The translations under genes and the position numbers were made by a program. A model generated the notes under the pieces. It did no database searches, had not been told where the DNA came from, and saw only the letters and a list, made by a program, of their open reading frames with translations. Positions 17,055 to 24,387 of a DNA stretch of 24,387 bases are shown in pieces. The stretch is taken from the NCBI GenBank assembly GCA_041586955.1, contig JBFGZE010000046.1, positions 1 to 24,387 on the forward strand, given 5' to 3'. Source of the DNA: Bacteriovoracaceae bacterium. Lineage in GTDB: Bacteria; Bdellovibrionota; Bacteriovoracia; Bacteriovoracales; Bacteriovoracaceae. Numbering within the stretch: the stretch's first letter is position 1; every line of letters starts with the position of its first letter.

Positions 17055-18338
17055 TTAAAGGTCAAGTAAGTTCTTAAGCTCCTCTAATTGAACAATTTCC
17101 TCTTTATTATCAATATCAATAATATAAAGAATACCTTTGAGGCGCTTTTCATTATCAAATGTTGGTATGAGGCCAGAGGAAACCATCATTTCGTCTAGTA
17201 ATTCTCGCTGATCGCGATAAGTCACTCCTTGATAGGTGTTTTCTTTTTGTGCAACACAACCCGATGTCTTCACAAAGGGGTAATACGATGAACTTGGCCT
17301 TCTATTTTTCCGCCCTGTCCCATGAACTCTAAAAAGGTTACGCCCAATATCTCTGGCGATCACAGATTCTTTCCACCAAGCACGATCATGAGCACTTTCT
17401 GGTAAAAGTTTTTTCAATTGCCTTTCATTATTTGAAGAGCGTACAAAGTTCAAAATAAGACGACGGTACTTGCCAAACACCCTTTTTTTATTGGCCTTGG
17501 GCATCACTGAATCAATAGTAAAGATACCAGATGGGGTGTTACCGTTTTTCACGTTAAAGCGCCGGTTTCTACGAGCATAACCAAGAGCATTCTGACTCCA
17601 ATACTCTCCAGAGGCATTAGTGACAAATTGATTATCTCTATCCTTCATCATCATCAGACAAGGATAATTGCGCTTGCGACGGCAGAACATAAAGATCTTC
17701 ACCCCATCGCTATAATGGCCATTTTTATAAACTTTAGCGCCTTTTTCATAGGACACCAAATCTTTTAATTCATCCTTTGTTTTGGGGCGAAAGACGGCAG
17801 TTGCCTCTTGGTAGGTTTGATAATCATCTTTATATTGATAAGTGATTTCCTCAAATACCTCCTTAAAACCGTGGGGCACTAAAAGATCTCGATAATTTAA
17901 TAGCGTAAAGATAGCGCGGCGGTTGAGGCCATTTCGACGCGCCAATCGGTAAATGCGTTTCACTAGATTTGAATTGTGAACCATAGGCCGGCCTAAATTT
18001 TCACCCAATAAAAACAAACGAATTTGGTCAGCAGGATAAAAGGAGTGCAAATTGAGAGTGCCCAAATAATCTTTAACCTTTTTTCTCAAATGGGGATCTT
18101 CACTTTGCCAACCCTGGGACCAAAGAGCGTCGGTCAGGGCCATAGAATCCTCTTTCTTATTAAAAGACCAAAAGGCATGGCCGTTATCATCAATATTTTT
18201 ATTACCGAGAATAAGACTCTTCGTATAAAATTCCACTTTCTTTTCAAGTTCAATGGTGTCACTTGGAAAATCTAAAAACTCGGCATTGATGGACATTGCC
18301 ATCAAACACAGAGGCATTAATATCAAAAATTTAACCAT
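17055..18338 (-). CDS. secreted protein with C-terminal L,D-transpeptidase (YkuD)-like domain
   Basis: Signal peptide; GNTPSGIFTI followed by RVHGTG-x15-TSGCV, resembling the TPxG...HG...S/T-x-GC catalytic signature; SD GGGAG. Confidence 0.65.
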   Translation of the reverse strand: MVKFLILMPLCLMAMSINAEFLDFPSDTIELEKKVEFYTKSLILGNKNIDDNGHAFWSFNKKEDSMALTDALWSQGWQSEDPHLRKKVKDYLGTLNLHSFYPADQIRLFLLGENLGRPMVHNSNLVKRIYRLARRNGLNRRAIFTLLNYRDLLVPHGFKEVFEEITYQYKDDYQTYQEATAVFRPKTKDELKDLVSYEKGAKVYKNGHYSDGVKIFMFCRRKRNYPCLMMMKDRDNQFVTNASGEYWSQNALGYARRNRRFNVKNGNTPSGIFTIDSVMPKANKKRVFGKYRRLILNFVRSSNNERQLKKLLPESAHDRAWWKESVIARDIGRNLFRVHGTGRKNRRPSSSYYPFVKTSGCVAQKENTYQGVTYRDQRELLDEMMVSSGLIPTFDNEKRLKGILYIIDIDNKEEIVQLEELKNLLDL

Positions 18339-18595
18339 TTAATTTCTCCCATCTCTAATTCTCGGTCAAAAAAAGACCTTTAGTATCAAAATTTCTCAAT
18401 GGATTCTCTTGAATTTAGACAGTCAAAAACTGAGTATCTTTACCATAAATCCAAGATTCGACTCAAGAAAACGTATACCCCTATATTAAAACAAAATAAC
18501 GCATGCAGCATTCAGCGGCAGAGAATTCTGGCTTGCCCACTATCATTGGCGCTCCATTCCCAACAACAAATATTTAGGCCAAATTTTGACCACAC

Positions 18596-18624
18596 TAGAA
18601 ACTATTGATTGTGAAAGATATAAT
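18596..18624 (+). promoter_or_regulatory. sigma70 promoter, likely leaderless kinase transcript
   Basis: TAGAAA-N17-TATAAT-N6-ATG(18631); no SD. Confidence 0.45.
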
Positions 18625-18630
18625 TAGCTT

Positions 18631-19326
18631 ATGATAGATTCAAAAGAATTAGAAAAAAACCTCAAAGCTTTAGCACTTAATGGCCTGGTCAATGCCAGTG
18701 TTATTCATGAACTTAAAGGGCCTTTATCTATTGTGTCTTTGGCGATGGAACAAATTCTCATTTCCCTAGAACAAGAGAATGACCAAATGGCAAAAAAGTT
18801 TGCTGAAAAAGCAAGTAAGGCCACTCATGACGCCGTTGCTATTATTAACACCACCAAGGCCTTATTATCTGGAGGAGCGGCGACAATTGAAGCATGTGAT
18901 ATCACCACGCTGATCCAAGAGGCCTTAACCGCCAGCGATTTAAAAATTGGCCAATCGAAAATCGATATTAATCTTCAAATCGAGACTAAGGAAACCACTC
19001 TCAATTGCTCAGCGATTCAAATCAAACAAGTTCTGGTCAACCTTATTGCTAACGCCATAGATGCCATCAAAGCACTTCCCGAAAAATGGATTAAAATCGC
19101 TATCACAAAAACAGACAAAGAGCTTATGATTACACTTACCGATTCGGGAAAAATTGAGAAGCATGAAATAGAAAAAATTTTTACCCCTCTCTACACGACA
19201 AAAGGCAACTCAGGATCCGGAATAGGACTTTGGTTATCGCAAGAAATTTTAAACACTCATAAAGGAACGATCAAGTGTGATATCATCGATGGTCATACAA
19301 GCTTCACTTTAAGCTTTCCCCAATAA
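18631..19326 (+). CDS. cytoplasmic histidine kinase core (HisKA + HATPase) without sensor domain
   Basis: H-box IHELKGPL about 27 aa from the start, N-box QVLVNLIANAIDA, DSG, F-box IFTPLYTTK, G2 GSGIGL. Confidence 0.9.
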   Translation: MIDSKELEKNLKALALNGLVNASVIHELKGPLSIVSLAMEQILISLEQENDQMAKKFAEKASKATHDAVAIINTTKALLSGGAATIEACDITTLIQEALTASDLKIGQSKIDINLQIETKETTLNCSAIQIKQVLVNLIANAIDAIKALPEKWIKIAITKTDKELMITLTDSGKIEKHEIEKIFTPLYTTKGNSGSGIGLWLSQEILNTHKGTIKCDIIDGHTSFTLSFPQ

Positions 19327-20709
19327 CTAAAATATTTTAAAAATTTTTTTCAATTCTACAAACGGCTTATCATAATGACCAATATGATAAGTCCTCTCCA
19401 TCTTTCTAACCGCCGCAATCGCAGATTTCTGGGAAAACCCAAAACGATACATTTCATTTAAAAAAGCGTGTGCGGTATTAACCACGCAGGCCAAAGGGAA
19501 AGTTTTCCTCCCTTTAAGTCCCTGCGGAAAGCCACTACCATCTGGCCGTTCATGCCCTTGAGCTATAATTGAATGTGCGTCTAATGGTATTCCTTTAATT
19601 TCGGAGACATATTGAGCGGCCTCAGTGCAATGGCGGTAATAACAAGGGTTGGCCATCTTAATAAGGTCCTTGTCCGCCTCGTCATACTTAAGTTCTAATT
19701 CCTTAGCGACTTGGCCATCGCTAAGGACGATATCATGGAATAGGCACGCAATCGTCACTTTTTGTAGAGTGTCCTTAGAGGTCCATTCCAATCTTTCAAG
19801 AATTAAAGAAGAGAGAAAAGAGAGCATTAGGCTGTGCTCATATAACCAATCTCCTGTATTGATTAATTTTTTTAATAATGGCGCCAGATTAGTTTCATTT
19901 TGAATAGAGGCAATACAAGAATCAACAGTTTTTTGGGTGAGTGCCATAACTTGTGGCGTGATACCGGCCGTTATTAATTGCTTATGAATTAATTCATGGA
20001 CCTTATAATGAACAGAAATACTTTGTCCGGATACGCCACTGGTTCCTGATGCGCCACTGGTCTCCTTTTCAATTAATTGGGACATAATTTCCATATAGTG
20101 AGCAAGGAAAGAATCAACATTTTCTATTTTGACATAGACGAATTCAACATTTCGCTCTTTGAACTTTTTCACGTCCTGCCCTGTCAATGGCGCCCCTTTA
20201 TGATAGAGATGCACGTGACGGTCAGACCTCATTTTTAAAAAAATATCTTCTGGTGCGTAGTTACCGTGGCACAGTAAATTTAAATGAAAAGGAATAAATT
20301 CCTGATCCATAATAGGGCGTTTAGCAGTGTCGAGATCATCAAGAAAGGCCAATGCTTTTTCAAGTTGGCCCTCTCTTGGCGGCTTATCAATTATATTATT
20401 GAGGGAGTGAAACTTTTTAAAATCACGAAACTCATTAATAATCCAATCCCCTTCCCCGCTGAGCAAGACAAATGGTATTTCCATTCTTTCTTCATAGAGG
20501 AAATGGTAAATATCTTTTCCAGAACCATTGTCCATATTCAAATCACTGATGACACAAGCAATTTGATCTTGATTTTCTTTTAAATATTCAATGGTATCGT
20601 TGCCGCATGACATTTGGATAATATCAAGATCTGTGACTGTTTGAATTTTAAGTACGAATATTTCTCTGACGTCCACATTATCTTCTGCATAGACAATTTT
20701 TGATTTCAT
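19327..20709 (-). CDS. response regulator receiver + degenerate HD-GYP-like domain protein (paralog A)
   Basis: REC: YAED, CVISDLNM, LLSG, DKP. Output domain: YEHS, LFHD, GHERPDGSGFPQGL, VNTAHAF. Confidence 0.88.
   Translation of the reverse strand: MKSKIVYAEDNVDVREIFVLKIQTVTDLDIIQMSCGNDTIEYLKENQDQIACVISDLNMDNGSGKDIYHFLYEERMEIPFVLLSGEGDWIINEFRDFKKFHSLNNIIDKPPREGQLEKALAFLDDLDTAKRPIMDQEFIPFHLNLLCHGNYAPEDIFLKMRSDRHVHLYHKGAPLTGQDVKKFKERNVEFVYVKIENVDSFLAHYMEIMSQLIEKETSGASGTSGVSGQSISVHYKVHELIHKQLITAGITPQVMALTQKTVDSCIASIQNETNLAPLLKKLINTGDWLYEHSLMLSFLSSLILERLEWTSKDTLQKVTIACLFHDIVLSDGQVAKELELKYDEADKDLIKMANPCYYRHCTEAAQYVSEIKGIPLDAHSIIAQGHERPDGSGFPQGLKGRKTFPLACVVNTAHAFLNEMYRFGFSQKSAIAAVRKMERTYHIGHYDKPFVELKKIFKIF
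20030..20065. repeat. imperfect 18-bp in-frame tandem duplication in paralog A
   Basis: GATACGCCACTGGTTCCT / GATGCGCCACTGGTCTCC (14/18 identical); matches the 6-aa length difference from paralog B. Confidence 0.75.
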
Positions 20710-20846
20710 CCGTAAGGCCTCGCAAAGTACTGCTCCACTTCAAATGGGGATATGTCCCTTCAGCCTTAAGTATAACTTTAAATTTAATTATTTATATTCA
20801 AGTTTTCTTAACTTAAAAACCAGAAAAAAAATAATTTTAGTTAAAC

Positions 20847-22211
20847 TTATACAATTTTAAATATTTTTTTTAATTCCGTGAAGGGTTTATCATAATGACC
20901 GTTATGATATGTGTCCTCCATTTTACGGACCGCCTCAATGGCCGCTTTTTGTGAAAAGCCCCTACTATACATTTCATTTAAAAAAGCATGAGCGGTATTA
21001 ACAACACAGGCCAGAGGAAAAGTTCTAGTCCCTTGCAGGCCGCGCGGGAAACCACTTCCATCTGGCCTCTCATGGCCTTGAGCGATGATAGAGTAAGAGT
21101 CAGGTGGAATTTCCCTGAAATTCTCAATATATTGAGCCGAATCAATTGAATGATCATAATATTGGGAGTCCTCTGCCTTTATCAGATCGGGATTGGCGTT
21201 GGCAAACTTCAGTTCTAATTCCTTGGCCATAGCACCGTCGCTTATGGCGATATCATTAAATAGAGCGGCGATATTCACTTTATAAAGTGTATCTTTAGAA
21301 GACCATTCAAGCTTTTCAAGAATCAAAGAGGAAAGAAAGGATAGCATAAGGCTATGTTCGTAAAGCCAATCGCCTTTATTAACGAGTTTTAACATTAATT
21401 TAGCAAGATGCGGTTCATTTTGAATTGTTGTAATACAAGCATCAACCGCTTTCTTTGTCACCTGCATAACTTCTGGGGTGAGACCAGCATTAAGCAATTG
21501 CTTATGAACTAATTCATGAACTTTATAATGAACTGAAACTTTCTCCCCTGAAACTCCTTTCTCTTCCTGTTTGATAAGATTCGACATTACCACCATATAT
21601 TTCTGTACAAAACTCTCAAAGACTTCTTTCATGACATAAACAAACTGAACATCTCTATCCCGGTATTTTAAAATATCTTCCTTAGTCAACTTATCCCCTT
21701 TGCGATAAAGGTGGATATATTTATCGGGTCCCATTCTTAAGTAAATATCCTCTGGTGAAATGTTTCCATGAGTGAGAAGGTTAAGTCTGAAGGGAATAAA
21801 GGAATTATCCATAATATGGAGTTTTTGAACATCAAGACTATCGACAAAGGACAAGGCCTTTTCTAACTCGCCTTCCCCTGGGGGTTTATCGATAACCTTA
21901 TTAAAGGAATTATAAGAATTAAATTCGGTAAATTCTTTAATAATACTAGTGTGTTCTCCACTAATGAGAATAAAGGGGATGTGGATCTTTTTTTTATAAA
22001 GAAAATGGTAAATATCCTTTCCTGAACCATTATCCATATTCATATCGCTAATGACGCAAGCAATTTCATCTTGATTTTCATCAATATACTCAATGGCATC
22101 ATTACCACAAGACATTTCAACAATCTCCATATCAGAGATCATTTGAATTTTAAGTACAAATATTTCTCTGACATCCACATTATCTTCAGCGTAGACAATT
22201 TTCGATTTCAT
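20847..22211 (-). CDS. response regulator receiver + degenerate HD-GYP-like domain protein (paralog B)
   Basis: Start reassigned to ATG 22211 (first 23 aa identical to paralog A; GAGG upstream). LFND replaces LFHD; GHERPDGSGFPRGL. Confidence 0.88.
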   Translation of the reverse strand: MKSKIVYAEDNVDVREIFVLKIQMISDMEIVEMSCGNDAIEYIDENQDEIACVISDMNMDNGSGKDIYHFLYKKKIHIPFILISGEHTSIIKEFTEFNSYNSFNKVIDKPPGEGELEKALSFVDSLDVQKLHIMDNSFIPFRLNLLTHGNISPEDIYLRMGPDKYIHLYRKGDKLTKEDILKYRDRDVQFVYVMKEVFESFVQKYMVVMSNLIKQEEKGVSGEKVSVHYKVHELVHKQLLNAGLTPEVMQVTKKAVDACITTIQNEPHLAKLMLKLVNKGDWLYEHSLMLSFLSSLILEKLEWSSKDTLYKVNIAALFNDIAISDGAMAKELELKFANANPDLIKAEDSQYYDHSIDSAQYIENFREIPPDSYSIIAQGHERPDGSGFPRGLQGTRTFPLACVVNTAHAFLNEMYSRGFSQKAAIEAVRKMEDTYHNGHYDKPFTELKKIFKIV

Positions 22212-22473
22212 CCCTAAAACCTCTTTTAAAATACATAAGTACTTATAATTATAACAAAATATAAGGAAGTGACCAGTCATAGACTTAAGAAAAAAAAAGG
22301 ACTTTTGCCGACGAATGTGCTTAGTTTTTGGTTTTTATGTTAAAAGATAACACTGATTTAAATCATAAACGGGAATCACGCTTATCATAGAATATCTAAA
22401 CGCCTTCACCGACAATGGACAGAGATTTGAATCAGACTGATTAATTAGTTGAAAAAGAAGACAGGAGGAAAAT

Positions 22474-22809
22474 ATGGAATCCCATTTATTAGAAACTGCA
22501 AAAAATGAACTATTGGCAAAAAGGGCCAATCTATACGAGCGCATTGCTAAAATTCAACAAAATAAAACCCAGGCCAAAGGCCCACTTGATGCCAACTCCA
22601 CAGAGCAGGCAGTGGAGCTTCAATCCCATGAAGTTGTCGACGCCCTCGATAATTTAGAAAAGAATGAATTAAAACAAATAGAAATGGCCTTACATCTTAT
22701 TGCTAATGGTACCTATGGGATTTGTATAAAGTGTGGAGAAGATGTTTCTCCCGCTCGCCTCAAAGCACGACCTTATAGCACCAAGTGCCTGGCATGCGCT
22801 GATCAATAA
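22474..22809 (+). CDS. TraR/DksA family C4 zinc-finger protein
   Basis: Coiled coil, then IEMAL..I..GTYGICIKCGEDVSPARLKARPYSTKCLACA; SD AGGAGG. Confidence 0.92.
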   Translation: MESHLLETAKNELLAKRANLYERIAKIQQNKTQAKGPLDANSTEQAVELQSHEVVDALDNLEKNELKQIEMALHLIANGTYGICIKCGEDVSPARLKARPYSTKCLACADQ

Positions 22810-22816
22810 TACCTCT

Positions 22817-22845
22817 CGTCTGGAACCAATAATAGGTTCCAGACG
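22817..22845. repeat. perfect 11-bp inverted repeat downstream of the DksA-like gene
   Basis: CGTCTGGAACC-AATAATA-GGTTCCAGACG; no U-tract on either strand. Confidence 0.8.
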
Positions 22846-23086
22846 TGGCCGCACAAATTCCGATCGACAAAGAGTTCATTTTTTACGGCAATCAAAAAAA
22901 AGATAACAGCTAAACAGTCCTTGATCTAAGGCCCTGTTTTAAATTCACGAGCGAAATTAATTTTTCTTAATCTTGATCACTCCACCAGGCGCCAAAAATG
23001 TCGTAAAAATTGAGGGTGATCATAAAACATGATATGAGGTGGTTTTTTATTTTCAATCTTATCTAATCTTCTAGGATGACTATAGA

Positions 23087-24387
23087 ATGCTTGCCCCTAA
23101 TGTATATATTAGAAATCCCAGGCCTTTTCATTATGTTGTCCTTAGCGCGGCCCTCATCACTTTTCTCCTTTCAATCTTTTTCTTCTTTCGTCAATATTGG
23201 TATTCCTTCACTGTAGAATTTGTTGCGGCCATTGCCTTTCTCTCTTCCTATGCCTTTTTTTATTTTCGCCAATTTAAAATATCGCTCTTCTTATTTATCA
23301 TCACCGCCTCTGTCGCCCCACTCATGGCATCTCTCGGATCTCCAAAGGAATTAATGATCCCTTTTTTTTATTCAGCGGCGCTTATCCCCTTTTTCTTTGG
23401 CCACCAAAAAAATTTAAAAATCTTTTACTTTGGAGTCCTCCTGCCCTTCGTTGCTCTCTACTTCAGTCAGAACGACATCCTAAATAAACAATCAATCGAT
23501 CACTTTAGACCCCATGATATTGTCATCATGAAACAATTTTTACTCCTTAGTAATAGTTTAATCGTATTCTTGGCCTTATTGGGATTTAAAAAGTTTCTAG
23601 AAGTTCGGGATGATGAACTCTATCTTGAAAAATATAGAATCAGCGATATGATCGATGAAGGGCTTTGCTTCCTAACTAATGATGGCCTCGTAAAATTTAT
23701 CAATACAGGTGGGCAAACCATTTTAAAGCTTAAACAGGGTATCCCCGATAATTGCAAAATAGAGAATATTCTCATTTTAAAAAGACCCCCCAGTGCCAAC
23801 TCTCATCCCCATCCCTTCCTCACTTTTGTACCTGAAATATACCATCGCGGCCTATTTCTGACACCACAGAATAATGAGCTTCACTTGGAGTTTTTAATAC
23901 GCAAAATTTCATATCATTCAACTCCCGAGCAAGGGCGAGTTATTCTTTTTAGGGATATTAGTGAACAGATTAATAATCAGAACCAATTGCTTCGAAGTGC
24001 AAAATTATCCGAAATAAAAAATATTTCATCAGGTGTCGCACACGAAATTAATACCCCTCTGAGTGTTATTCAATTGATTACCAGTAAGCTTATTTATCGT
24101 GGTAACGAAGATGAAGATATTAAGAAAATAGAATTTATGGTTATTCGCATTAAACGAATTATCGACTCTCTTTTGCAATTGTGCGATGAAGATAATCATA
24201 GCGAAAATATCCAACAATTTAAGGCCTGCGCGCTCTTAGATGATCTCCTCAATTTATTCAGCGAAAGACTTAAAATTAATAATATAGGACTTATGATCGA
24301 AGATCTTGGCCGCGGCCAGGAAGTCCGCGGGAACCGGGCCCTCTTATCACAAGTTTTATTTAATCTAATGATGAATTCATATCAGGC
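23087..24387 (+). CDS. membrane PAS-domain sensor histidine kinase, 3'-truncated by the window edge
   Basis: Manual translation gives an open frame from ATG 23087 to the end (433 codons): MLAPNVY..., about 5-6 TM helices, PAS-like DMIDEGLCFLTNDGLVKFIN...VILFRDISEQ, H-box GVAHEINTPL, N-box QVLFNLMMNS. Confidence 0.88.
   Translation, partial: MLAPNVYIRNPRPFHYVVLSAALITFLLSIFFFFRQYWYSFTVEFVAAIAFLSSYAFFYFRQFKISLFLFIITASVAPLMASLGSPKELMIPFFYSAALIPFFFGHQKNLKIFYFGVLLPFVALYFSQNDILNKQSIDHFRPHDIVIMKQFLLLSNSLIVFLALLGFKKFLEVRDDELYLEKYRISDMIDEGLCFLTNDGLVKFINTGGQTILKLKQGIPDNCKIENILILKRPPSANSHPHPFLTFVPEIYHRGLFLTPQNNELHLEFLIRKISYHSTPEQGRVILFRDISEQINNQNQLLRSAKLSEIKNISSGVAHEINTPLSVIQLITSKLIYRGNEDEDIKKIEFMVIRIKRIIDSLLQLCDEDNHSENIQQFKACALLDDLLNLFSERLKINNIGLMIEDLGRGQEVRGNRALLSQVLFNLMMNSYQ

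Noticed and set aside
18399..18608. 69-aa ORF as the lost sensor domain of the downstream kinase
   Set aside because: No TM/PAS features or SD, and the kinase has its own -10 box directly before its ATG.
674..20583. Short alternate-frame or antisense ORFs inside long genes (e.g. 674-904, 801-1118, 3072-3437, 4649-4999, 9035-9331, 14079-14726, 19649-19903, 20284-20583)
   Set aside because: They are shadows of well-supported genes and show no recognisable motifs.
22212..22280. 23-aa N-terminal extension of REC-HD paralog B given by the ORF track
   Set aside because: Paralog alignment and SD position point to ATG 22211.
24029..24217. 62-aa minus-strand ORF
   Set aside because: Antisense to the H-box region of the PAS kinase, which the track missed because it has no stop in the window.
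1..24387. CRISPR array, tRNA, rRNA, prophage or defence genes
   Set aside because: No regularly spaced repeats, cloverleaf or rRNA signatures, or such protein motifs were found by eye.

Overview
AT-rich bacterial chromosomal window. Gene content and style (secreted trypsin-like and subtilisin proteases, a membrane PilZ protein, REC-HD-GYP-like paralogs, abundant GGCC) suggest a predatory Bdellovibrionota (Bacteriovoracales/Halobacteriovorax-like) genome; this assignment is inference. In order it holds: the 5' end of an IS-type Zn-ribbon transposase-like ORF (missed by the ORF track), an S8 subtilisin, a BspA/DUF285-type surface lipoprotein split by a frameshift at a G8 tract, a trypsin-like protease, a DTW-domain tRNA modifier, cstA, a 3-gene membrane/PilZ operon, an rsmJ-like methyltransferase, an outer-membrane barrel-like protein, GST, a DUF6172-like protein, a YkgJ-type Cys-cluster protein, a single-chain glycine decarboxylase P protein with split-type (GcvPA+GcvPB) signatures, a 5'-nucleotidase and a cryptic L,D-transpeptidase-like secreted protein. 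It ends in a signalling cluster: a sensorless His kinase, two tandem REC + degenerate HD-GYP paralogs, a DksA/TraR-like protein and a membrane PAS His kinase running off the right end (also missed by the ORF track). No rRNA, tRNA, CRISPR or phage genes were seen. The best leads are the degenerate c-di-GMP/phosphorelay cluster, the candidate phase-variable lipoprotein, the re-fused GcvP, the L,D-transpeptidase-like protein and a recurring 15-bp intergenic motif.
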